From: an uncultured Lachnospiraceae bacterium
GTDB taxonomy: Bacteria; Bacillota; Clostridia; Lachnospirales; Lachnospiraceae
Direction: 5' to 3'
DNA: 64,000 bases
NCBI GenBank assembly: GCA_947164865.1
Contig: CAMUYA010000016.1
Coordinates: forward strand, 1,603 to 65,602
The notes under the pieces are model-generated. The model saw nothing but the letters and a program-made list of their open reading frames with translations, was not told where the DNA came from and searched no databases. Both the position numbers and the translations under genes were made by a program. Shown piece after piece: positions 26,176-34,902 of this stretch (position 1 is the first letter of the stretch; each line of letters begins with the position of its first letter).

Positions 26176-29037
26176 TCATCCTTTAATATAATCAGAGTAT
26201 CCATCCCAGCCAAGGGAAGGATCATACTCTTTTTCAAACACAAATTTAAGGTCCTTGAGCTTAAGCCCGTTTCCTCCGAAGTAGAATCTCATCACTCCGT
26301 ATTTGGAGCTGAGAAGCACTTTCCGCGAGAGTGTCTTCCACTCGCCTCCGGTACCGTTAAATGTTATGGTGCCGCTGGGTATGCTCTGGAAGAAAATACC
26401 GATGGGTATCTGTGCAAGTTCGGACAGTTCACTCGACCCTGTTATCTCCATATGATAACACCCAATCTGCTTAACATCCAGTCCAAATGCATAAACACAT
26501 CCCTGAACCGATAAAACTTTTGACAGATCGATAGTGGTTCCGTCCTGTATTTCAAAGTAATCCACATTTGCGGAATCCACTGCTCCGTCTTCGGAATCAA
26601 AGCCTGTAAGCTCCAGCTCGGGCTCTTTTCCGTTCATTCTCTCGAAGGCGTGGGTCTTCATAAGGAAATTACATATATTTGCCGCACATCTTACGAAATG
26701 GCCTCTGGTGATATGTCCTGCCTCCAGCTCCGAAAGCAGATTATCATCCGCGGAATTGCGGTCGGCTTCGGGAGTTACCGCATACCAGTCGTTCTGGGCC
26801 AGTACGCATCTGGCAAAATCATTTCTGGAAACCTTTCCGCCAACATCTCCTATCTTGGCCCACCAGTCCGTCATGACCATGCCTTCGAATCCCCACTCTC
26901 CGCGAAGTATATCCGTAAGCATGTCGTGCCTTCCGTTGGTCCATGTGCCGTTAACCGCACCGTAGGTGGTCATCACGGAATCGGCTCCTCCCTCTTTGAT
27001 AGCGAGCTCAAAGCCTTTGAGATAGATCTCCCTCAGAGCTCTCTCGGAGATAACGCTGTCGATGTCATGTCTGCGGGTTTCCTGATTGTTTCCGCAAAAA
27101 TGCTTAAGGGTTCCGGATACGCCTGCCGATTTAAGGCCTCTGAACTGCGCCGCAGCCATGCGTCCCGTAACCAGCGGATCTTCACTGAAATACTCAAAGT
27201 TCCTGCCGTTAAGTGGATGACGGTGAATGTTGATACCCGGTCCCAGCAAAACGTCTATCTTGTTCTTAACCATCTCTATGCCCAGCATGGAGAATAGCTT
27301 TTCGTTTAAGCCGGTATTCCATGTGCAGGCAAGAAGTGTTCCGTTGGGGAGGCTGAAAGCTCTGGTGCCACAGTCCATTCTCATGCCGGAAGGACCGTCG
27401 GAGCAGCATCCGCAGGGAATGCCGAAACCTTTAAGGCTGTCGCTCACACCGCCGAATGCAGCTGCGGTACCTGCGGTAACCTTGGGGCTTCCCATACCTT
27501 CACCGCGCACGATGGAAGCCAGATCTTCATCGGAGAGCTGCGCAAGGAATTCATCCATTGATGCTTTTCCCGCTTTAACGTCCGCAAGCTTTATTCCTTT
27601 ATCTCCTGTATAAGGGATAAATTCAGGCTTGTCGGCATATGCCTCCTCCAGATCCTTAACCTTTGCGGTAGGTACTTCTTCCTCCGAAAAGCTTCCCGTG
27701 AGTGCACCTTTACCGTCTGTTTCGGGTTTGATCCTCTTAAATTCTTTAATGGGAGCCATTCGGGAAGAAAGCTTCTCCATGCACACCGTTTCGGCAAGGG
27801 AGAACTTTCCGCAGCTTTGCAGCTTATCCGATACATCGCCCGCCAGAAGCTCGTATTCTCCGGCTTCCAGTACATAGCTGTAAGGGAATCCCGTAACACC
27901 CGAATCATCATAGGATGATATGATGTAAGGATCTATTTCTACGGTTATTCTGCACTCCTGTGAGGGATTTAAAAGTTCCGTCTTTGCAAATCCTGCCAGG
28001 GATATTGCCGGTTTTCCGAGCTTTCCCTGAGGTGCTGCCACATATATCTGCACCACTTCTTTTCCGGCCATGCTTCCGGTATTTTTAACATCCACGTAAG
28101 CAAGTATTTTAAAATCTTTTCCGTTTATGTCCCTCTCTACGACTATCTCTCTGTCGTTTTGGACATTCATGGAATTTTCAAGAACTATCCCTGCAGGTCT
28201 CAGATCAAATGTTGTATATGAGAGTCCGTATCCGAAAGGATACAGGATCGCATCTTTTTTAAATGTCGAATAATATCTGTACCCGACATATATATCCTCT
28301 GCATAGCAGTTGTAATCGGTGCGTCCGAAATTGGGGAATGCCGGTGTGTCTTCTATCTTCCGTGCTATCGTGTCGGTGAGCTTTCCCGAGGGAGATACGT
28401 TGCCGACGATAACATCGGCTGCGCCAAGGGCACCCACTTCTCCTCCCTGCCAGATATACAGGATGGCATCGGGATCTGCGCCTTCCACATCGGTCATATC
28501 AAGCACGGCGCTGACATTCATTACCACGATCATTCTGTCAAAGCATTTGCGCACTGTGCGGAGCATATCCGCCTCAGTATCGGAAAGCCTGTAAGCGCCT
28601 TTTTTGTCGGCGTAATCCTGCTCCTCGCCGGCCGTTCTTCCGATGATTGCGATCGCTATGTCCGACTCTGCGGATGCTTTTTTTGCCACTGCTTCATCAA
28701 GCGGCATCTCTTCCTGTGACCAGGGCTCGCTTCCGAATCCCGCACCCATGTCGTAAGGGTGGCTCTTGTCAAACTCGGCATAGACTGCTTTCAGACCCTC
28801 GTTTAACACGATGCCTTCCTCCTCGAGCGCCTCGGGAACGGTCCACACCTTTCCGGCGTTTACCATTCCTCCCGAGCCTGTTCCGCTCTTGTAGTAATGG
28901 CTCTGTATACGTCCGAAAAGAGCTGCCTTGGTACCCTTTGAAAGGGGAAGAACGTTTTTATTGTTCTTAAGGAGGACTACGCCTTCCGCTACCGCCTGCC
29001 TGGCTGTCTTTTCATATTCGCTGCGATCAAGTTTCAT
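26176..29037 (-). CDS. GH3 beta-glucosidase family protein with permuted domain order (953 aa)
   Basis: The usual C-terminal domain comes first (AEGVVLLKN, GRTAGEE, EDIYVGYRY, YPFGYGLSYT), then Fn3, then the TIM barrel (SDGPSGMR, GPGINIHRHPLNGRNFEYFSEDP, KHF, VMTDWW). Start 29037 after GAAAGG. Confidence 0.92.
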   Translation of the reverse strand: MKLDRSEYEKTARQAVAEGVVLLKNNKNVLPLSKGTKAALFGRIQSHYYKSGTGSGGMVNAGKVWTVPEALEEEGIVLNEGLKAVYAEFDKSHPYDMGAGFGSEPWSQEEMPLDEAVAKKASAESDIAIAIIGRTAGEEQDYADKKGAYRLSDTEADMLRTVRKCFDRMIVVMNVSAVLDMTDVEGADPDAILYIWQGGEVGALGAADVIVGNVSPSGKLTDTIARKIEDTPAFPNFGRTDYNCYAEDIYVGYRYYSTFKKDAILYPFGYGLSYTTFDLRPAGIVLENSMNVQNDREIVVERDINGKDFKILAYVDVKNTGSMAGKEVVQIYVAAPQGKLGKPAISLAGFAKTELLNPSQECRITVEIDPYIISSYDDSGVTGFPYSYVLEAGEYELLAGDVSDKLQSCGKFSLAETVCMEKLSSRMAPIKEFKRIKPETDGKGALTGSFSEEEVPTAKVKDLEEAYADKPEFIPYTGDKGIKLADVKAGKASMDEFLAQLSDEDLASIVRGEGMGSPKVTAGTAAAFGGVSDSLKGFGIPCGCCSDGPSGMRMDCGTRAFSLPNGTLLACTWNTGLNEKLFSMLGIEMVKNKIDVLLGPGINIHRHPLNGRNFEYFSEDPLVTGRMAAAQFRGLKSAGVSGTLKHFCGNNQETRRHDIDSVISERALREIYLKGFELAIKEGGADSVMTTYGAVNGTWTNGRHDMLTDILRGEWGFEGMVMTDWWAKIGDVGGKVSRNDFARCVLAQNDWYAVTPEADRNSADDNLLSELEAGHITRGHFVRCAANICNFLMKTHAFERMNGKEPELELTGFDSEDGAVDSANVDYFEIQDGTTIDLSKVLSVQGCVYAFGLDVKQIGCYHMEITGSSELSELAQIPIGIFFQSIPSGTITFNGTGGEWKTLSRKVLLSSKYGVMRFYFGGNGLKLKDLKFVFEKEYDPSLGWDGYSDYIKG

Positions 29038-29050
29038 ATGTATACCTTTC

Positions 29051-32000
29051 TTATTTATCCTTAATCTCCGCATGAAGAGCCTGAAGGGATTTTATCTCGC
29101 TTTTCTTTCCGGACTCCATGTATCTGATCCCGTCCGCTGCAGCTTTTGCCGCCGCGATGGTGGTGATGTACGGGATCTTCTTCCTTATGGCTGCCTTGCG
29201 AAGGTAGCTGTCGTCGTGAACGCTGTCCTTTCCGACAGGGGAATTGATCACAAGGTCGATCTCTTTATTTTCGATGGCATCCAGCACGTTGGGGCGCCCC
29301 TCGTAGAGCTTCTTGACCTTTGTCGCCTTCACTCCGGCCTCGGTGATAAGATCGTAAGTTCCGCCGGTGGCAAGGATCTTAAATCCATCCTCCTCAAAGA
29401 GCTTTGCCACTTCCACGATCTCGGCCTTATCCTTACGGTTTACGGAAAGGAGCACCGTTCCGCCCATGGGCAGCGGCGACTGAACTGCTTCCTGCGCCTT
29501 GACAAATGCTTCTCCGTACGAAGGTGAGAGTCCGAGCACTTCACCTGTGGAGCGCATCTCCGGTCCGAGAATGGGATCCACCTCCTGGAACATGTTGAAA
29601 GGAAATGCCGCTTCTTTTACTCCGTAGTAAGGGATGTGCTGTTCCTTTAAAGTGGGCACCGGCGAAGGTTTTCCCGTAAGCTCTGCGGTGATTATCTCCG
29701 TTGCGAGAGGAACCATTCTGATGTTACATACCTTTGATACGAGAGGAACTGTCCTCGATGCTCTGGGGTTGGCCTCAAGCACAAATACCTTGCCGTTTTC
29801 GATGGCGTACTGCATATTCATAAGTCCCTGAACATGCATCTCTTCCGCAATCTTTCTCGTGTACTCCTTGATGGTCTCGAGATTGTCTGCCGGAATATGC
29901 GCCGAAGGAATGATGCAGGCTGAGTCTCCGGAATGAACACCGGCAAGCTCTATATGCTCCATTACTGCGGGTACAAAGGCATGCGTTCCGTCACAGATGG
30001 CGTCGGATTCGCACTCCATCGCATGATTGAGGAAACGGTCTATAAGGATAGGTCTGTCGGGAGTAACGCCTACGGCGGCGCGCATATAGTCTGTCATCTG
30101 ATCATCATCATAGACAACTTCCATTCCTCTTCCGCCCAGCACATATGAAGGGCGAACCATTACGGGATAACCGATCCTGCCTGCGATGGACTTCGCCTCC
30201 TCCACGGTGGTGGCCATTCCCGACTCGGGCATCGGTATTCCGAGCTTGTCCATAACAGCTCTGAACTGATCCCTGTCCTCGGCAAGGTCTATCACCTCCG
30301 GTGATGTTCCGAGGATCTTTACGCCGTTCTTTTTAAGATCTGCCGCAAGGTTTAAGGGCGTCTGCCCGCCAAACTGTGCGATAACTCCAAGGGGCTTTTC
30401 TTTCTCGTATATGCTGAGCACATCTTCCAAAGTGAGTGGCTCAAAATATAACTTATCCGATGTGTCATAGTCGGTTGAAACGGTCTCGGGGTTGCAGTTT
30501 ACGATGATCGTTTCGAAGCCGAGCTTTTTAAGTGCCATTGCCGCATGAACGCAGCAGTAATCAAATTCTATTCCCTGGCCGATACGGTTGGGTCCGCCGC
30601 CCAGTATCATTATCTTTTTGTTATCGGATGTGGGGTTCTTATCCGGTGCATTGTAGGTCGAGAAATAATATGCACTGTCCTTGGTTCCGCTTACATGCAC
30701 ACCTTCCCATGTTTCCACCACGCCGATCTGTTTTCTTCTGTTTCTGATCTCATCCTCGGGTATCTCCAGAAGTTGGCTGAGATACTTATCCGAGAAACCG
30801 TCCTTCTTGGCGGTAGTGAGGACATCATCCGCGGGAAGCTTGCCCTTCATGGAAAGAAGCTTTTCCTCTTCCTCCACCAGCTCTTTCATCTGCTCAAGGA
30901 AGTAATGCTTAACCTTGGTGATATCAAATATCTCCCCGGGTGTGACTCCTTTTCTGAGTGCCTCGTAAATGAGGAAATATCTCTCGCTGGAGGGAACGGA
31001 AAGCTTATTGAGGAGCTGTTCCTTTGAAAGCTCACCGAAGTTCTTAACATGTCCCAGTCCGTAGCGCCCCGTCTCGAGGGATCTGATGGCCTTCTGGAAA
31101 GCTTCCTTGAAGTTCTTTCCGATGCTCATTACTTCGCCCACAGCGCGCATCTGCGTTCCCAGCTTGTCCTCCACACCCTTGAACTTTTCGAAAGCCCAGC
31201 GTGCGAATTTGATAACCACATAGTCTCCGTCGGGAACGTATTTGTCGAGAGTACCGTACTTTCCGCAGGGGATGTCCTTGAGAGTGAGCCCGCAGGCAAG
31301 CATAGCGGATACCAGCGCGATAGGGAATCCCGTTGCCTTTGATGCAAGCGCCGATGAACGTGAAGTACGGGGGTTGATCTCTATTACGATGATGCGGTCC
31401 GAAACAGGATCGTGTGCAAACTGCACATTGGTTCCGCCTATGACCTGCACCTTGTCAACGATCTTGTATGCCTGCTCCTGAAGCTTTTTCTGGCATTCCT
31501 CCGAGATAGTGAGCATGGGAGCCGCACAGAAGGAATCTCCGGTGTGAACACCGAGGGGATCGATATTCTCGATAAAGCATACCGTGATCATATTTCCTTC
31601 GCTGTCTCTGACGACTTCCAGTTCCAGCTCTTCCCATCCGAGTATGGATTCCTCAACCAGCACTTGTCCTACCAGTGATGCCTGAAGGCCTCTTGCGCAG
31701 ACTGTCTTTAATTCCTCGGTGTTGTATACAAGGCCGCCGCCTGCTCCGCCCATTGTGTACGCGGGGCGAAGTACCACGGGGTATCCGAGCTTGTCCGCTA
31801 TTGCCAAGGCTTCATCAATCGAATAAGCAACTTCGCTCCTTGCCATCTCGATCCCGAGGCTGTCCATTGTCTTTTTAAATTCGATACGGTCCTCGCCGCG
31901 CTCGATGGCATCCACCTGCACGCCGATTACCTTTACGCCGTATTTTTCAAGCACGCCTGCTTTATTAAGCTCGGCGCAGAGGTTGAGTCCCGACTGACCG

Positions 32001-32272
32001 CCCAGATTGGGGAGCAGTGCATCGGGGCGCTCCTTTGCTATTATCTGCTCAAGCCTTTTAACATTAAGCGGCTCTATATAGGTCACATCCGCAGTCTCGG
32101 GGTCTGTCATGATGGTTGCGGGATTTGAGTTGACAAGCACGATCTCGTATCCGAGCTTCTTAAGTGCTTTACATGCCTGTGTTCCCGAATAGTCGAACTC
32201 GCATGCCTGTCCGATAACTATGGGACCGGAGCCTATGATTAGTACTTTTTTGATGTCTTCACGCCTGGGCAT
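29051..32272 (-). CDS. carB: Carbamoyl-phosphate synthase large subunit
   Basis: KKVLIIGSGPIVIGQACEFDYSG, GVHTGDS, EINPRTSRSSALASKATG, GGGPNRIGQGIEFDY, RPSYVLGG, C-terminal MGS domain; start MPRRE at 32272. Confidence 0.98.
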   Translation of the reverse strand: MPRREDIKKVLIIGSGPIVIGQACEFDYSGTQACKALKKLGYEIVLVNSNPATIMTDPETADVTYIEPLNVKRLEQIIAKERPDALLPNLGGQSGLNLCAELNKAGVLEKYGVKVIGVQVDAIERGEDRIEFKKTMDSLGIEMARSEVAYSIDEALAIADKLGYPVVLRPAYTMGGAGGGLVYNTEELKTVCARGLQASLVGQVLVEESILGWEELELEVVRDSEGNMITVCFIENIDPLGVHTGDSFCAAPMLTISEECQKKLQEQAYKIVDKVQVIGGTNVQFAHDPVSDRIIVIEINPRTSRSSALASKATGFPIALVSAMLACGLTLKDIPCGKYGTLDKYVPDGDYVVIKFARWAFEKFKGVEDKLGTQMRAVGEVMSIGKNFKEAFQKAIRSLETGRYGLGHVKNFGELSKEQLLNKLSVPSSERYFLIYEALRKGVTPGEIFDITKVKHYFLEQMKELVEEEEKLLSMKGKLPADDVLTTAKKDGFSDKYLSQLLEIPEDEIRNRRKQIGVVETWEGVHVSGTKDSAYYFSTYNAPDKNPTSDNKKIMILGGGPNRIGQGIEFDYCCVHAAMALKKLGFETIIVNCNPETVSTDYDTSDKLYFEPLTLEDVLSIYEKEKPLGVIAQFGGQTPLNLAADLKKNGVKILGTSPEVIDLAEDRDQFRAVMDKLGIPMPESGMATTVEEAKSIAGRIGYPVMVRPSYVLGGRGMEVVYDDDQMTDYMRAAVGVTPDRPILIDRFLNHAMECESDAICDGTHAFVPAVMEHIELAGVHSGDSACIIPSAHIPADNLETIKEYTRKIAEEMHVQGLMNMQYAIENGKVFVLEANPRASRTVPLVSKVCNIRMVPLATEIITAELTGKPSPVPTLKEQHIPYYGVKEAAFPFNMFQEVDPILGPEMRSTGEVLGLSPSYGEAFVKAQEAVQSPLPMGGTVLLSVNRKDKAEIVEVAKLFEEDGFKILATGGTYDLITEAGVKATKVKKLYEGRPNVLDAIENKEIDLVINSPVGKDSVHDDSYLRKAAIRKKIPYITTIAAAKAAADGIRYMESGKKSEIKSLQALHAEIKDK

Positions 32273-32316
32273 AAATAAAAACCTCACTTTTTCTTAAATG
32301 TCTTTATATATAGCAA

Positions 32317-32342
32317 TATCCCAGTTGCACGCAGCTGGGATA
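32317..32342. other. Stem-loop between uraA and carB
   Basis: TATCCCAG-t-TGC-ac-GCA-g-CTGGGATA; no U tract on the coding strand. Confidence 0.5.
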
Positions 32343-32359
32343 CTGTATCTTTATTCGGC

Positions 32360-33775
32360 TTACTCTTCCTCGGGAGCTTTCTTCAGAAGAAGGTTCGTAA
32401 GGATTCCGAGGATCAGTGCACATGCAACCTCAGTGATCGTAACCGATCCGAAGTTGAGTGTGAGCCCGCCGATACCGGCTATCAGTATCACGGACACGAC
32501 AAACAGATTCTTGTTCTTGTTGAGATTGACGTTCTGTATCATCTTGAGACCGGATACGGCGATGAATCCGTAAAGGGCCATACATACACCACCCATTACA
32601 CAGCTCGGTATCGAATTAACGAAGGCTATGAAAGGTGAGATGAATGAAATGACTATCGCTCCGCATGCTGCGGTGATGATCGTATAAACAGATGCGTTCT
32701 TGGTGATGGCCACACAGCCTATCGACTCACCGTATGTGGTGTTGGGGCAGCCTCCGAAGAACGCACCGACCATGGATCCCACACCGTCGCCGAGGAGGGT
32801 TCTGTGAAGCCCGGGCTCCTTGAGGAGATCCTTTTCAATGATGGAAGAAATATTCTTATGGTCTGCGATATGCTCGGCAAACACAACGAATGCTACAGGG
32901 ATATAAGCTGCTGCGATGGTGCCGATATATGCACCGTTCATCCTGTCAAAGCTTGAATTAAGGAATGTGAAATCGGGTACCGCAAAAAATGTCTTTATGG
33001 ATACGCCGCCGTCAACCAGAGCGGTAAATGAATCAAACGAAAGAAGCTTGAGCTGGTCGATCCCTGCCGCATTTCCTATAAGGGTCGCAACAAGGCAGAA
33101 GGCATATCCGGCGAGGATACCGAAAATGAAGGGTATCAGCTTGGCTGTCTTCTTTCCGTATGTGGAGCAGAGCATGGTAACCGCAAGGGTAACAAGACCT
33201 GCTATAAGAGCAACAACAGGTGTGGCAACAGGTGCACCGGCTTCATCTTTAACACCGCCGGTAAGGATGTCACCCACAGCGTTTCCCGCAAGTGAAAGTC
33301 CGATGATGGCAACGGTGGGTCCGATCACGACTGCGGGCATCAGTTTGTTGATCCAGTCTACACCCGCTATCTTGACGATAAGTGCAATAACTACATACAC
33401 AAGGCCGGCAAAAACCGCACCGAAGATAAGTCCGAGGTAGCCGAGTGACATTGAAACGGCGCCTGCGAATGCTGCGGTCATTGATCCGAGAAATGCGAAG
33501 GACGAGCCGAGGAAAACCGGGCTCTTTTTCTTAGTGAAAAGAACATAGATAAGGGTTCCGACTCCGGCACCGAAAAGCGCCGCCGCGGGGCTCATCGGAA
33601 CATATTCCGAACTGCCGAAAAGGGAAGTGCCTTCGGCTATCATTTTCAAAACATTCCCATTAATGATGATGGGGACTACAAGCGTTGCCGTCATGATAGC
33701 CAGCAGCTGCTGGATGGCAAACACCACAAGAGGGCCGAATTTGACTTTGTCATCAACCTGGTAGATGAGTTTCAT
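32360..33775 (-). CDS. uraA: Uracil permease (NCS2/NAT family)
   Basis: Highly hydrophobic; PVFLGSSFAF, PAVVIGPTV, EHIADH, LHRTLLGDG, PNTTYGES, LYGFIAVSG. Confidence 0.93.
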   Translation of the reverse strand: MKLIYQVDDKVKFGPLVVFAIQQLLAIMTATLVVPIIINGNVLKMIAEGTSLFGSSEYVPMSPAAALFGAGVGTLIYVLFTKKKSPVFLGSSFAFLGSMTAAFAGAVSMSLGYLGLIFGAVFAGLVYVVIALIVKIAGVDWINKLMPAVVIGPTVAIIGLSLAGNAVGDILTGGVKDEAGAPVATPVVALIAGLVTLAVTMLCSTYGKKTAKLIPFIFGILAGYAFCLVATLIGNAAGIDQLKLLSFDSFTALVDGGVSIKTFFAVPDFTFLNSSFDRMNGAYIGTIAAAYIPVAFVVFAEHIADHKNISSIIEKDLLKEPGLHRTLLGDGVGSMVGAFFGGCPNTTYGESIGCVAITKNASVYTIITAACGAIVISFISPFIAFVNSIPSCVMGGVCMALYGFIAVSGLKMIQNVNLNKNKNLFVVSVILIAGIGGLTLNFGSVTITEVACALILGILTNLLLKKAPEEE

Positions 33776-33840
33776 TGATCTCTCCTTCTCTCCTTTGGAG
33801 TAATAGAAATAAGTAAAGGAATACTAGATATAGTGTAAAA

Positions 33841-33868
33841 AGTGCCCTTTTTGCCTGACAGGCCACTA
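33841..33868 (-). promoter_or_regulatory. Possible PyrR-binding leader motif
   Basis: Minus strand GGCCTGTCAGGCAAAAAGG resembles the PyrR loop CCAGAGAGGC..AAGG and lies upstream of uraA-carB; the match is imperfect. Confidence 0.3.
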
Positions 33869-33983
33869 ATTACCGAAGTAAATCATATCACATGAAACTC
33901 CCTGTGTAAATTTGGGATAATGACTAAATCTTTCTACAATATCTAGTGATATTTTTATACATTTTCTATTGAATCCACAATAT

Positions 33984-34889
33984 TCAGTATTTCCTGCGGT
34001 TTTTAAGCCCTTCGTACAGCAGTTTGTAGTTCTCGTACCGCTCGGGAGCGATCCTTCCCTCCGAAACCGCCGCCTTTATTCCGCAGTCGGGCTCGGAGAT
34101 ATGAGCACAGCCTGCGAATCTGCAGTATTTTTCCTCAGGAACGAATTCCGGGTAGCACTCCCACAGCTTTTCCTTTTCAACTCCGCATACCCCCAGTTCG
34201 AGACTTGAAAAGCCCGGAGTGTCGAACACAAAAGTATCCTCATCCCACAGGGTAAACAGTTCCGAATGCCTCGTGGTATGCTTTCCCCTGTCGATCTTTT
34301 CCGAAATATCTCCGGTCTCCATCACCTTTTTCCCGGCAAGCAGATTTATCAGCGACGACTTTCCCACTCCGGAAGGTCCCGAAACCGCTGTTGTCTTCCC
34401 CTGCAAAAAGCCCTTAAGCTCTTCTATACCCTCGCCTTTTTTTGCGCTGACCACAAATACCTCATAACCTGCGCTCTCGTATATCCTTCTGAAATCATTG
34501 CCGGCATCCTCACCCCCGAGGTCCGATTTATTAAAGCAGACCGCGCAGGGCAAGCCCTGTCTTTCGAGCAGGATCAGCATCCTGTCTATAAGCCCGAGGG
34601 GCGGCTGAGGGCTGGCTATGGCAAAAATCACAAGCGCGGCATCAACATTTGCCACAGCAGGCCTTATAAGGGCATTCCGCCGCGGAAGGATATCAGTGAT
34701 GTTTGCCGATTCATATCCGTTTTCCGTAAGGACATCACGAATGGGAGAAACCTCGCAGTCATCCCCCACAAGAGGCTTGATACCGTCTTTTCTGAACAGC
34801 CCCCTGGCCTTACATTCATATATACGTTCGGCGGTCTTTACGTAGTAAAAACCGCCGATTCCTTTGATTATCTTTCCTCTTTCCGCCAT
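33984..34889 (-). CDS. rsgA: Ribosome small subunit-dependent GTPase A
   Basis: KARGLFR, VGD, RPAVANVD, NKSDL, GPSGVGKSSL, GKHTTRH, DTPGFSS, CRFAGCAHISEPDC. Confidence 0.97.
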   Translation of the reverse strand: MAERGKIIKGIGGFYYVKTAERIYECKARGLFRKDGIKPLVGDDCEVSPIRDVLTENGYESANITDILPRRNALIRPAVANVDAALVIFAIASPQPPLGLIDRMLILLERQGLPCAVCFNKSDLGGEDAGNDFRRIYESAGYEVFVVSAKKGEGIEELKGFLQGKTTAVSGPSGVGKSSLINLLAGKKVMETGDISEKIDRGKHTTRHSELFTLWDEDTFVFDTPGFSSLELGVCGVEKEKLWECYPEFVPEEKYCRFAGCAHISEPDCGIKAAVSEGRIAPERYENYKLLYEGLKNRRKY

Positions 34890-34902
34890 CCGCGTCTTCT
34901 CA

